The notes: a model not told the origin generated them from the sequence alone. Counted from the stretch's first letter, positions 52,898 to 63,184 are shown. The stretch is DNA of 64,000 nucleotides from an uncultured delta proteobacterium (GCA_963804955.1 CAWDSQ010000026.1:96001-160000); one strand, 5' to 3'. A program made the numbers and translations.

Positions 52898-53196
52898 ATA
52901 TTTTTTTGTGATCTGAAGCGTTGCTAGCAAATCATACAAAGCTCCGAGAACCAATGCCCAAAGCGCAGCTTTCTCTCAGTGCCACAAAAAAATAATTGTT
53001 GCAGCAATCCTGATGACCATTTGTTAAACAATGGGTTCTTATGTCACGACCGGGCAGCAACGCAGTAAACACACTCCTGAGAGCACTACGTTAAATCTTT
53101 ACATGGCCTGCTTTTAGTGATAAACAAAATACTCTCAAACAATCAAACAAAGTATCGGAATATCTCAATATTTCAACTTGTTGCAGGAGTGGAGCC

Positions 53197-54468
53197 ATGA
53201 AGGTTCTGGTGGTAGGCGGCGGCGGGCGCGAGCATGCCCTTGTCTGGAAAATAGCGCAAAGCCCGAAGGTGACAAAAATTTACTGCGCGCCGGGCAATGC
53301 GGGCATAGCAGGCAGCGCAACCTGCGTCAATATCTCCGCAGACGACATCGATGGGCTGAAAAAGTTCGCCGTCGATAATGAAATCGGCCTCACCGTGGTA
53401 GGCCCCGAACTTCCCCTCACCCTGGGCATAGTCGACAGTTTTGAAAAAGACGGCCTGCGCATCTTCGGCCCCAATGCCGGGGCGGCACGTCTTGAGGGAA
53501 GCAAAAAATTCGCAAAAGAAATCATGCGGGAAGCAGGCATACCCACGGCAGACTTTGCCGTCTTTACCACTGCAGAAGCGGCAAAAAAATATATCAATGA
53601 AAAACAGCAGCCCCTGGTGGTGAAGGCCGACGGCCTTGCCGCAGGCAAGGGCGTATTTCCCTGCCGGAGTGCCGCGGAAGCCGCAGCAGCCGTTGACCGC
53701 ATCATTACGAACAAGGAATTCGGCGATGCAGGCACGGTGATCGTTATTGAGGAATTTCTCGAAGGCGAAGAGGCCTCATTTATCTGCTTTACCGACGGCA
53801 CAACCATCGTGCCGCTTCCATCATCGCAGGACCACAAGCGCATCTTCGACAATGATGCAGGGCCCAACACGGGCGGCATGGGCGCCTACTCGCCTGCTCC
53901 GGTAGTAACACCGCAGGTGCATGAGCGCACCATGGAAACGGTTATGAAGCCCCTTGTGGCGGCATTTGCTGCAAAGGGCATTCCCTTCAAAGGCATTGTC
54001 TATGCCGGGCTGATGATCAAAAACGGCATCCCCCGCGTGCTTGAATTCAACATGCGCATGGGCGATCCTGAAACCCAGCCCATTTTGTTCAGGCTCACCA
54101 GCGACCTGGTCGAGATCATGGAAGCCGCAATCGACGGCAGGCTCGCGCAGATCGATGTGCAGTGTGATCCCCGGCCCGCGGTCTGTGTGGTTATGGCGGC
54201 AGGCGGCTATCCTGATGCCTATGCAAAAGGTCATCCCATACGGGGTCTTGAGGATGCAGCCGGCGTGCCGGACACCTATGTATTTCATGCGGGAACCGCC
54301 CTCAAAGGCGGCGGCATTGTGACCAGCGGCGGCCGCGTGCTCGGCGTAACAGCCCGGGGAGCGACCATTCAGGATGCCGTTGCCGCAGCGTACCGCGCAG
54401 CTGAGCGCATCAGCTGGGACGGCGTCCAGTACCGGAAAGACATCGCACGGAAAGCGTTCGGCAGATGA
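53197..54468 (+). CDS. purD: Phosphoribosylamine--glycine ligase
   Basis: GGGGREHA, VGPE.PL, VKADGLAAGKG, QDHKR, GPNTGGMG, SGGRVL. Confidence 0.98.
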   Translation: MKVLVVGGGGREHALVWKIAQSPKVTKIYCAPGNAGIAGSATCVNISADDIDGLKKFAVDNEIGLTVVGPELPLTLGIVDSFEKDGLRIFGPNAGAARLEGSKKFAKEIMREAGIPTADFAVFTTAEAAKKYINEKQQPLVVKADGLAAGKGVFPCRSAAEAAAAVDRIITNKEFGDAGTVIVIEEFLEGEEASFICFTDGTTIVPLPSSQDHKRIFDNDAGPNTGGMGAYSPAPVVTPQVHERTMETVMKPLVAAFAAKGIPFKGIVYAGLMIKNGIPRVLEFNMRMGDPETQPILFRLTSDLVEIMEAAIDGRLAQIDVQCDPRPAVCVVMAAGGYPDAYAKGHPIRGLEDAAGVPDTYVFHAGTALKGGGIVTSGGRVLGVTARGATIQDAVAAAYRAAERISWDGVQYRKDIARKAFGR

Positions 54469-55241
54469 AAACGCAATGGCTTGAACAGCGAAAAGATATT
54501 TTTGTCCGCAACCTCGTGCAGGATTATTTGACTGCAAAGAACTATTTTGACGGCGTGCGGGCGCAGTATAAAAAAGAGGGCTCCCTGCCCTACAGCATGC
54601 TTGATATTTGGGTCGGCACGGAAACAGACAAGGGCCCTCTGTGGAATCTCAAGGAGCAGAGCCACCGCCTCTACCGCAAAAACCGCTCGTCAATAAGCTT
54701 ATATGAAAATCTTTTCGACTGGGTAGTCGGATCAATTTTTCACGAATCCATGAAGCTCAAAGAAGACATATATCAGATAGAATCCTACAAGCCCCTGCTG
54801 GAGCTGGGCCTGAGCGACAATACGGCGCATCAGGAAATTGCCAAGATAATCCAGGAGTATTATGCCCTTATCGACCGGGCCAGCTGCAGCCTCAAGGAAG
54901 AAATTGAAAGCATTGATGAACTGTTCACCAAAGGGCTTCTGCATCTACGCGCCATGATCGTTGCCTATAAAAACAACGCCCTGCTGCTGCGTTTTTTGAT
55001 CGATAATAAAAAGTCAACAGAAGCCGTTTTCGGCCCGGGATCACTTCACCAGATACTGCAGGACATGTTCCCGGCAGGAACGCACGAAGCCTATATCCTC
55101 ATGTCCGAAAGCTGCATGCAGAACGGCTGGTACAACGAGGCTCAAAAATATCTTAAAACAGCCATGAAAACCGGGGCGGCACACAAAGGGCTCCAGGAAC
55201 ATTTGACGGCAAAACTCGGGCTCATTTCCGGAAAGGAGTAA
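54465..55241 (+). CDS. Hypothetical helical protein, possible C-terminal TPR-like helix pair
   Basis: 258-aa ORF overlapping the purD stop and ending 4 nt before purE. Confidence 0.75.
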   Translation: MKTQWLEQRKDIFVRNLVQDYLTAKNYFDGVRAQYKKEGSLPYSMLDIWVGTETDKGPLWNLKEQSHRLYRKNRSSISLYENLFDWVVGSIFHESMKLKEDIYQIESYKPLLELGLSDNTAHQEIAKIIQEYYALIDRASCSLKEEIESIDELFTKGLLHLRAMIVAYKNNALLLRFLIDNKKSTEAVFGPGSLHQILQDMFPAGTHEAYILMSESCMQNGWYNEAQKYLKTAMKTGAAHKGLQEHLTAKLGLISGKE

Positions 55242-55245
55242 GCAT

Positions 55246-55764
55246 ATGCAGACACCACTGGTTGGCGTCATCATGGGGAGCGACTCGGACCTGCCTCTCA
55301 TGCAGGAGGCGCTCAAAATACTTGACTCGTTTGCCATTGCCTATGAGGTGCACATAGCATCAGCCCACCGCACGCCGGCGCGCACGGCGCAATTCGCAAA
55401 AACCGCCCGGGACAGGGGCATTGAAGTCATCATTGCGGGAGCCGGCTGGGCAGCGCATCTTGCCGGCGTTATTGCCGCGGAGACAACTCTGCCGGTCATA
55501 GGCGTGCCCATCGACTCATCATCGCTCAACGGCCTTGACGCGCTGCTGTCCATGGTGCAGATGCCGGGTGGCATTCCGGTTGCCGCTATGACCATCGGCA
55601 AGGCCGGCGCTAAGAATGCCGCTCTGTTTGCAGCTCAGATACTGGCCCTGAAATATCCGGAACTCCAGCAGAAGCTGCTCGCGTATAAGCAGGCGATGGC
55701 CGCCGAGGTGGAAGCAAAGGATGAGGCCCTGCAGCAGAAGCTGAAAGCAAAACAGCTTTTTTAA
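55246..55764 (+). CDS. purE: N5-CAIR mutase
   Basis: [31 protein letters not shown]. Confidence 0.98.
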   Translation: MQTPLVGVIMGSDSDLPLMQEALKILDSFAIAYEVHIASAHRTPARTAQFAKTARDRGIEVIIAGAGWAAHLAGVIAAETTLPVIGVPIDSSSLNGLDALLSMVQMPGGIPVAAMTIGKAGAKNAALFAAQILALKYPELQQKLLAYKQAMAAEVEAKDEALQQKLKAKQLF

Positions 55765-55820
55765 TTGCGGCATGCCGGCTTCTCACATGGAGCAGACCGC
55801 AATCAAAAAATTCAGGTTTG

Positions 55821-55960
55821 GAATTCAGAATTCAGGAGTCAGAAGCCAGTATAAAAAAACAGCGGTAAAATTTCAGGATATGATTACCCGGAAGATAAGT
55901 AAATCACTTAAAGCCTATTTGTCTTCTATTCCGAATTCTGACTACTGAATTCTGGCTTCT
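55821..55960. repeat. Inverted heptamer cassette (AGAATTC/AGGAGTC family) with about 70-bp spacer
   Basis: Left GAATTC AGAATTC AGGAGTC AGAAGCC AGTA; right arm reverse complement reads AGAAGCC AGAATTC AGTAGTC AGAATTC GGAATAG. Confidence 0.8.
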
Positions 55961-56035
55961 TTTCTAAGGAACCATAACCCGACATAAAGACTACTAGAAA
56001 CACCTTCTGATATTGTTATAGAACCAAATTACTGT

Positions 56036-56797
56036 ATGCCCCGCATATTCACCATCAACCCCCTTGCGCCCGATGAGGCTGCGCTGCATGAAGCTGCAGC
56101 CAGTATCCGCTCTGGCGGCATAGCCGTCTACCCGACAGAAACGTTTTACGGGCTTGGCGTGCTGTTTAACAATGAGCAGGCCCTTGAACGGCTCTTTGCC
56201 GCCAAAGGCCGTCGCGAAACAAAGCCGGTGTTGCTGCTCATAGAAAACAGCCGGGCGCTGGACAGGCTGACACCCGAGATTATTCCGGAAGCACTCGCCC
56301 TGGCCGAACGCTGGTGGCCCGGCCCCCTGACCCTGCTCTTCAAAGCCCTGCCGCACCTGTCGCCGTATCTCACCGGGGATGAAGGCAAAATCGGCTGCCG
56401 CATTTCCAGCGGCCCTGTTGCACAGCGCCTGGTCGAGCTTGCAGGCGCGCCCATTACCTCCACAAGCGCCAACCTCACAGGCGGCCCGAGCGCTGCCCGT
56501 ATTGCAGATATACCCGGAGAGCTTCTTGACAGGGTCGATGTGATACTCGATGCGGGGGCAACTCCCGGCGGGCGCGCCTCAACCGTGCTGGATTCTTCTG
56601 CTCTGCCCTTCACCGTGGTGCGTGAAGGCGCACTGCCGGTGAGCCTCCTGTTACCCGTAGAAACATTGAGCATTACTGTACCGACACGGTATGCAGCACG
56701 AATGACATTGGTCGTTTCGGCTTCTCCGAAATCAATTTCAGCACACCAGAAGGGATTCTGTCAAGCCGGAATGACAAGATATGTGTCATACAGCTAA
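56036..56797 (+). CDS. tsaC: L-threonylcarbamoyladenylate synthase (C-terminal ~45 aa may be read-through into a repeat)
   Basis: YPTETFYGLG, KGRRETKP, WPGPLT, TSTSAN, STVLD, REGA. Confidence 0.93.
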   Translation: MPRIFTINPLAPDEAALHEAAASIRSGGIAVYPTETFYGLGVLFNNEQALERLFAAKGRRETKPVLLLIENSRALDRLTPEIIPEALALAERWWPGPLTLLFKALPHLSPYLTGDEGKIGCRISSGPVAQRLVELAGAPITSTSANLTGGPSAARIADIPGELLDRVDVILDAGATPGGRASTVLDSSALPFTVVREGALPVSLLLPVETLSITVPTRYAARMTLVVSASPKSISAHQKGFCQAGMTRYVSYS

Positions 56798-56845
56798 CGC
56801 ACTGAGACTGTTTTCTGATTGTCGGTTACAAGATTTAGTTACATG
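56711..56845. repeat. Dispersed repeat, copy 2 (homologous to 1-99)
   Basis: Degenerate stem GTCGTTTCGGCTT...AAGCCGGAATGAC plus the shared tail ending TTAGTTACATG. Confidence 0.85.
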
Positions 56846-56997
56846 TTCTAGCAACAACCCGCTCCGCGCTGGCGAGGTCTGCCGTTCGAGCAACGATTCC
56901 CAGTTTATGTTCTCCGACGAAAAGCCAGGATTGTAACGCCGGAAGTCCTGTATGGCACTGTTAAACTATCATGACCGATATGTCCTTATATAAAGCG

Positions 56998-57032
56998 AAA
57001 AAAAGCCCGGGATCATTGCTGATCCCGGGCTT
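56998..57032 (-). terminator. Intrinsic terminator of the acyl-CoA cluster
   Basis: AAAAAAAAGCCCGGGATCA-ttgc-TGATCCCGGGCT. Confidence 0.85.
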
Positions 57033-57113
57033 CCATGAGTGCCTGATGCCGTATCCGTAAGCAGAGTGAAACAGGAGGATGTTTTGGGGCAGTTGTTTTC
57101 TCTTACCTGCGAT

Positions 57114-58151
57114 TTAAGCCAGCAGAGCGTCGATATTCACATTGGTTTTCACCATGTTTTTCAGCAGTTCGACTTTGTCTGAGGCTTCCCGGGTCAGCAG
57201 CGGCTCCATGCGGTCGATCTGCCGGGCGACCTGAAACGTATCGGGCGTAACCAGCAGCATGGGCGTGCCGCTCTCTTCAGCCTTAGAAATAATGTTAGAA
57301 GGGGGAAGTATGTTATTTGTCAGGATAATGCCGGTGGCATTGTGATTGAGCGCGGCAAGAATCATGTCGCTTCGGTCGCCGCCCGTTATGATCAGCTTGT
57401 CCTCTTTTTTAAAAAGAGGCTTCTGCACGGCCACGTTGCCCGACATGGCGCCGATGAAGATGTTTTTCACCCTGCGCGACAGATTCGCCTCGGCGGTGAG
57501 CACCTTGGCAAAAAGCTTGTCGGCAAGATACCGCAGCGAAAAATACGTCAACTCACTCTGATACGGAAGGACACCCAGCACCTTCAGGCCGGTTTGCTTG
57601 ATTTCAGGCAGACAGGTTTCTTTAAAATCATCCACATTGTGGACCTTATTGACAATGATGCCGGCGACCTGAACGCCTTTCATGTCGACGCTGCGCTTGA
57701 CGAACATGATATCGTCGAGAATCGTGTCATCGTCGCCGCTGATGACGAACACAACCCTGCCGCCCAGATACTGCGCCAGCGACAGAGTATCGAGGTGCAC
57801 CGAGGTGCCATAGGAAATAGACTTTCCGGCCTCGACAATGAGGATATCTTTGCCGACGCCGATGGTTTCGGCAAGATCGACAACCTTTGTCCTGATGGTC
57901 TCGGCAGTATACATGAAGCGCAGCTTTGAGTGGTCAAAGCCGATGCTCATGTCGTCGGGGTGCTCCTTCATGGCATACAGGCTGGTCATGAGTGCCGCGT
58001 CATAGTCCCACAGGCGTTTTTTGCTGTACAGCAGCCGGTCGCCGAAGGGCTTCAGGTATCCTACTTTTTTCTGCAGCGCTTCGGTCAGGCCGACGATAAA
58101 ATTGGTCTTTCCCGTGCTGTTACGCAGTGATGCAACGATTAAAGTATTCAT
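57114..58151 (-). CDS. P-loop (BioD-like) + DRTGG protein, equivalent to the regulatory N-terminus of phosphotransacetylase
   Basis: STGKT, GYLKPFG, IVEA, IFIGAM, ITGGDRSD; no Pta catalytic domain. Confidence 0.85.
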   Translation of the reverse strand: MNTLIVASLRNSTGKTNFIVGLTEALQKKVGYLKPFGDRLLYSKKRLWDYDAALMTSLYAMKEHPDDMSIGFDHSKLRFMYTAETIRTKVVDLAETIGVGKDILIVEAGKSISYGTSVHLDTLSLAQYLGGRVVFVISGDDDTILDDIMFVKRSVDMKGVQVAGIIVNKVHNVDDFKETCLPEIKQTGLKVLGVLPYQSELTYFSLRYLADKLFAKVLTAEANLSRRVKNIFIGAMSGNVAVQKPLFKKEDKLIITGGDRSDMILAALNHNATGIILTNNILPPSNIISKAEESGTPMLLVTPDTFQVARQIDRMEPLLTREASDKVELLKNMVKTNVNIDALLA

Positions 58152-58263
58152 GCATTTCTCCTCTCATCATATGAAGCATGATCCCCATGCTCTGGCGACC
58201 AGGTGCTCGTGCTTTGCTTGTACACTGGAACATGCCTGTTTTCAACAGGGCCGTTATTGCCGG

Positions 58264-60378
58264 TTATTTTTCCGCGTCCTTAGCAAGCAGAATGCGGACG
58301 TCGAGGGCCTTTGCCCCGTCTCCCTGCTCGTACACCGTCAGGGGGTTAATTTCGATATCGGAGATTATCGGGCATTTGCTGATCAGCGCACCAAGTTTTA
58401 TAATGATACTCACCACACTGTCTATATCTTTTTGAGCCTCGCCGCGCGCGCCCAGAAGCAGCGGATAGGAGCGGGTTTCCTTGATCATGTCCATGATTTC
58501 GCGACGGCTGAGGGGCAGGGCCCGGAATGCCACATCCTTCATGACCTCAACATAGACGCCGCCCAGACCGAACATGATGATGGGGCCGTAGGTCGTGTCG
58601 CGCCGCGCGCCGATGATGGTCTCTACGTCTTTTGTCAGCATTTCGGCGATTTCGACGCCCTCAATATGCGCATCGGATTTATAGGCGCGGCAGCTCTGCA
58701 TGATTGCCTGATAGGCGTCGATAATTTCGTCGCGGTCATCAAGGTTCAGCGCTACGCCGCCGGCATCGCTCTTGTGAATGATGTCCTTGGAAACGACTTT
58801 CATAACCACCGGATAGCCGCACTTGTCAGCACAGTTTATGGCCTCGTCGAGATTGCGGGCAACAAAACTTTTCGGGACAGGTATCCCGACAAGGTCCATA
58901 ATCTGCCGGGCTTCATGGGCAAGGAGAAAGTACCGGTCCTGCTTGATGGCGTTTGTACAGATGTCGGTAATCGCGGCAGCAGGAACTTGAGCATCCTCAT
59001 ACAGTTCGGAATGATAGCGCAGATAGCGGTTATACCAGTAGAGCTTTCCAAGACAGGCTACAGCCTCATATACGTCACCATACACCGGCACATTCTTCCT
59101 CCCCAGTTTGACAATGGCATTTTCTATATCTTCGCCGCCCACGATGGCAAACAGCAGCGGCTTTTTCTTCTGGAGATACTTCAGGTGGTTTTCCTCGATC
59201 ACCTTCTCAAGATCGGCGGCCAGGAAGGTCGAGGTCTCGCAGTACAGGGCCATGCTGGCGCCGATTTCTTTTGCGTCGAGGGCCACGCTCAGGGCCGAGT
59301 TGTACTCAGCGCTTGCCGCGCCGCCCGTAATGTCGATGGGGTTTTTCGTGGAGCCGAAGCTCGGGGTCACGGGATCGAACATGGCCTTCAGCTTTTTGCC
59401 GTCGTCATACAGCTCGATCTGGTACTTTTCACAGGCATCGGTAGCCATAACGCCGATGCCGCCGCCATTGGTGATGATCACGGCCTGGTCGCCTGTGGGG
59501 GGCGGAGAGTTGCCGAGATATTTGCTCCAGTTGAAAGCCTCTTTAATATTTTCGGCGCGGATGACGCCGTTCTGCTTAAGTATTGCTTCGATGATTTCAT
59601 CGGAGCCGGCAAGCGAGCCTGTATGCGAGGCCGCTGCCGCGGCGCCGCGCTCTGAGCGGCCTGACTTGATGACCACCACGGGCTTTTTGCGCGTGGCTTT
59701 TTTTACTGCGTCAATGAAACGGGGTCCGTCCTTGATGCCCTCTATGTACATGAGGATGACCTTGGTGCGCTCCTGCTCGGACAGATAGGACAGCAGATCA
59801 GCCTCGTCAACATCGCACTTATTGCCGATGGACACAATCGAGGAAAGCCCGATGTTTTCTACCTTGGTTTTGCCGATCATGGCAAGGCCAAGGGCGCCCG
59901 ACTGGGTGATGATGGCAACCGATCCCGGCAGAATATTGCCCGGCCCGAATGTCGCGTCCATATGCGACTCGGCCGAGTAGACGCCGAACACATTGGGCCC
60001 AACCACGCGCATGCCGCGGCTTAAGGAGTATTCCGCAATTTTACGCTCGGTTTCGCTGTCGCCGATTTCGGAGAATCCCGAGGTGATAATGACATTATAT
60101 TTGACGCCGCGGTCGGCGCAGCTTTTCACCGAATCGTAGACGAACTTCGAGGGTATCGTTGTGCATACCATGTCCACTGTGCCGTCTATGGCATTGATGT
60201 CCGGGTATGCCTGCAAACCAAGCACATCGCCGCCGGCCGGGTTTATCGGGTAGACCTTGCCCTTGTAGCCGCTGGCGAGAATATTTTTCACCACGGTATG
60301 GCCGATTTTCTTAGGGTCCTTTGAAGCGCCGACGACTGCAATACTGCGCGGCTCAAACAGCAACTTGATATCGTTCAT
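58264..60378 (-). CDS. ADP-forming acetate/acyl-CoA ligase (fused alpha-beta)
   Basis: PRSIAVVGAS, GPN, SHTGSLAG (phospho-His retained), TNGGG.G, NPID, ATP-grasp HKSDAGGV, EINPL. Confidence 0.92.
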   Translation of the reverse strand: MNDIKLLFEPRSIAVVGASKDPKKIGHTVVKNILASGYKGKVYPINPAGGDVLGLQAYPDINAIDGTVDMVCTTIPSKFVYDSVKSCADRGVKYNVIITSGFSEIGDSETERKIAEYSLSRGMRVVGPNVFGVYSAESHMDATFGPGNILPGSVAIITQSGALGLAMIGKTKVENIGLSSIVSIGNKCDVDEADLLSYLSEQERTKVILMYIEGIKDGPRFIDAVKKATRKKPVVVIKSGRSERGAAAAASHTGSLAGSDEIIEAILKQNGVIRAENIKEAFNWSKYLGNSPPPTGDQAVIITNGGGIGVMATDACEKYQIELYDDGKKLKAMFDPVTPSFGSTKNPIDITGGAASAEYNSALSVALDAKEIGASMALYCETSTFLAADLEKVIEENHLKYLQKKKPLLFAIVGGEDIENAIVKLGRKNVPVYGDVYEAVACLGKLYWYNRYLRYHSELYEDAQVPAAAITDICTNAIKQDRYFLLAHEARQIMDLVGIPVPKSFVARNLDEAINCADKCGYPVVMKVVSKDIIHKSDAGGVALNLDDRDEIIDAYQAIMQSCRAYKSDAHIEGVEIAEMLTKDVETIIGARRDTTYGPIIMFGLGGVYVEVMKDVAFRALPLSRREIMDMIKETRSYPLLLGARGEAQKDIDSVVSIIIKLGALISKCPIISDIEINPLTVYEQGDGAKALDVRILLAKDAEK

Positions 60379-60391
60379 AAGCCATCTCCCA

Positions 60392-62290
60392 TCACATGTC
60401 CTTGAATACCAGTTTCAGTTCATATACGCCTTCACTTCTGCGTTTTTCTATGTCAAATCCGCCATTTTCAAACAGCCGCATCATGGGCTTATTCTCCACG
60501 AGAACCTCAGCGGTGAAACCGAGCAGGCCCTGGCGCTTTGCAAGATAGGTGACATAGGCCAGCAGCTCCGTGCCGATGCCCTTGGCCTGATACTGGTCGC
60601 GCACCACGACGGCGACTTCCGCCGTATGGGAGTTTGGATCAATACCATACTGGGCAATGCCAACGATCTCTTCGGATTCGGCTTCCCCGACAACCGCAAG
60701 AATAATCAATTCCTGGGTATAGTCGATAACGACAAAATCCTGAAGCCGCTCATGGGGCATATCCTGCCGCTTGGAAATAAACCGGCGGTACAGGCTGCGG
60801 TCGGAAAGCGAGTAGTAAAAATCCTTCACCATGGGCTCATCGCTTATTTTGACCGGGCGTAAAAGCACGGTAAATCCCGAGGGCGTGGTCCGCCAGGTTT
60901 CCAGGCTCTCGGGATATTCACCGCGCTTGCCGGGTATAAACGCCTGATCCTTGTAAATAAGGCCCAGGCGCTTTGCCTCTTCAATAAGCCACGGCCTGAA
61001 CTTGGGGTGCGCGATGCCGATAAGGTCCATGGCGCGCTCCCGGATATTCTTGCCGTGGAGATAGGCGATGCCGTATTCGGTTATGACATAGTGAACGTCG
61101 CCGCGTGTCAGCGACGTTCCGGACCCCTCCTCAAGAAGCGGCACTATGCGGGAATGCAGACCATCGTTGGATGTGGAGCGAAGAGTGAGGATGGTTTTAC
61201 CGTTGGGGGAGAGAGCTGTACCGCGCATAAAGTCTGCATGCCCGCCTATGCCGCTGTAAAAATATTTTCCTATTGCTTCGGAGGAGGACTGCCCGGTCAA
61301 ATCTATCTGCAGGGCCGAGTTGATGGCCACCATGTTGTCGAAGGTCGCAATCGTGAGCGGGTTATTGGTCACGTCGATCGTTCTGAATTCGATCTCGGGA
61401 TTGTCATGAATATAGTCATAGGTCTCTTTTGTGCCCATGCAGAATGAAGCAACGGTCTTGCCCTTGCCGAACTTCTTCTGCGAATTGTCGACGACGCCCG
61501 CCTTCATGAGCTCGACGATGCCGTCGGAAATAAGCTCGGTGTGAACGCCAAGATGCTTCTTGCCGCTCAGGCTTGCAATAATCGCATTGGGCATGGCGCC
61601 GTAGCCGACCTGTATGGTGTCGCCGTCCTGGACGATGCGCGAGACATACTCTCCTATTTTTTGGGCAATATCATCAGAAACGCTTGGCTTGAACTCAAGC
61701 AGCGGCTCGTCATACGGCACGATGTAGTCGATGTCGGATACGTGGATAAAGGTATCCCCATGCGTCCGGGGCATGAATGAATTTGACTGGGCAATGACCA
61801 GAGATGCCCGCTCGACAGCCGCCTTGACGATATCAACGCTGATACCCAGGCTCACATAACCATGCTTGTCGGGAAGGGATGTCTGGATGAGGGCGATATC
61901 AAACTTTACAATGCCGCTTGCTATCAGTGCCGGAACCTCGGAAAAGAATACAGGGGTATAATCGGCAAGCCCTTTGTTGACGGCATCGCGGGAATTATTT
62001 CCGACGAAAAAAGAATTGAGCCTGAAATTGCGCTTGAATTTTTCATGGGCATAGGGCGCAACGCCCATGGTCCAGACATGAAAGACCTCGGTGTCGAAAA
62101 AAGCCTTGGGATTTTTGTCGACATAATCGGAAAGCGCCTGCACCAGGTACTGCGGCTCGCCGCAGGCCGTTCCGATAAATATCCGGTGGCCCCGGTGAAT
62201 ATGCTTAAAAATGTCATTGAGAGAAGCGAACTTGTCGGTATATGACTTCTTCAGCTCATCAAAGTATGGTCGTTTGTTTTCAGAAAACAT
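60392..62290 (-). CDS. Acetyl-CoA hydrolase/CoA-transferase domain fused to C-terminal GNAT acetyltransferase
   Basis: QVGYGAMP, LGVHTE, YSGIGGHADFMRG, TEYGIA; GNAT AEVAVVVRDQYQAKGIG..ENKPM; start 62290 (RBS GAGG) or 62320. Confidence 0.9.
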   Translation of the reverse strand: MFSENKRPYFDELKKSYTDKFASLNDIFKHIHRGHRIFIGTACGEPQYLVQALSDYVDKNPKAFFDTEVFHVWTMGVAPYAHEKFKRNFRLNSFFVGNNSRDAVNKGLADYTPVFFSEVPALIASGIVKFDIALIQTSLPDKHGYVSLGISVDIVKAAVERASLVIAQSNSFMPRTHGDTFIHVSDIDYIVPYDEPLLEFKPSVSDDIAQKIGEYVSRIVQDGDTIQVGYGAMPNAIIASLSGKKHLGVHTELISDGIVELMKAGVVDNSQKKFGKGKTVASFCMGTKETYDYIHDNPEIEFRTIDVTNNPLTIATFDNMVAINSALQIDLTGQSSSEAIGKYFYSGIGGHADFMRGTALSPNGKTILTLRSTSNDGLHSRIVPLLEEGSGTSLTRGDVHYVITEYGIAYLHGKNIRERAMDLIGIAHPKFRPWLIEEAKRLGLIYKDQAFIPGKRGEYPESLETWRTTPSGFTVLLRPVKISDEPMVKDFYYSLSDRSLYRRFISKRQDMPHERLQDFVVIDYTQELIILAVVGEAESEEIVGIAQYGIDPNSHTAEVAVVVRDQYQAKGIGTELLAYVTYLAKRQGLLGFTAEVLVENKPMMRLFENGGFDIEKRRSEGVYELKLVFKDM

Positions 62291-62328
62291 AATGACCTCG
62301 TCTGTAAAAACGCTCAGCATTTTTTCCG

Positions 62329-62757
62329 TCAGTCCGCACTGCTGGTGTGCGCAGGGGCATGTACTTCAAGCAGCCTCTGCAGGGACTCTTCAATATCTTT
62401 CGTAGTAAAAGGCTTTTCAATGAAATCATCGATGCCGATGCCCCCGGCCCGTATCGCCACCTCGTCGTTTGCATATGCTGTAATGAAAATCCGCAGCGCT
62501 TCGGGCTGCAGCTCGTACAGCCGGAAAAAAAAATCAAGGCCGTTCATGCGGGGCAGCTTGTAGTCGCAGATAATAACGTCAAAGGTTTCGTTTTTTAAGA
62601 GCTCAAGCGCTTCCTCTGCGCTTTCCAGCGTTACAAAAGCCAGCGTTTTCTTTTTAAAATAATACTCCAGAGAACTGCGGATATACTGGTCATCGTCAAT
62701 CAGAAGAATTTTGGTATTTTTCAAAAGCTCGCTGAATTCCGGGTTCTGTGCTTCCAT
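62329..62757 (-). CDS. Single-domain response regulator
   Basis: ILLIDDD, DYKLPRMNG, ITAY, FIEKPF. Confidence 0.92.
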   Translation of the reverse strand: MEAQNPEFSELLKNTKILLIDDDQYIRSSLEYYFKKKTLAFVTLESAEEALELLKNETFDVIICDYKLPRMNGLDFFFRLYELQPEALRIFITAYANDEVAIRAGGIGIDDFIEKPFTTKDIEESLQRLLEVHAPAHTSSAD

Positions 62758-62984
62758 ATGCCTCGTGCCCCCATATCGCGTTTATTACTCTTGCACTTAT
62801 TACTGTAGCATAAAAGATGCCATCTTTATGATTAATCAATCCTGTTGAAAATCAGGGGCTTGGAAGTTCCGGCTCACGGTCAACGCCGCAAAACTCTTTC
62901 AAGGTGGCCAAATAGCAAAAAACGGCTGGCTGAATAACCATGCCGGTGCAGGGTAAAAGATTCAACAGGCAAGGCTGCAGGGCA

Positions 62985-63113
62985 GTAGGGTGCGCCGTGC
63001 GCACCATTGTCGGTTCTGGCGCGGGTTGTGGTGTTGATATGCCAACAGGGCGTAAAATCTGGCGGTTGATGTGATTTTGCAATTTGATTATCAGTGCGCA
63101 CCGCGCACCCTGC
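62985..63113. repeat. Inverted REP doublet
   Basis: GTAGGGTGCGCCGTGCGCACC (62985) and GTGCGCACCGCGCACCCTGC (63094, inverted). Confidence 0.75.
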
Positions 63114-63184
63114 CAACTGTGCGAAACAACACTTTATATATCGGAGCACCTACGGCATTTAATAGAGCAGGAAAAGAAAGTTGG

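Noticed and set aside
58021..59655. 544-aa plus-strand ORF
   Set aside because: Antisense shadow of the acyl-CoA ligase gene; no recognisable motifs. The same applies to most long antisense ORFs in the track.
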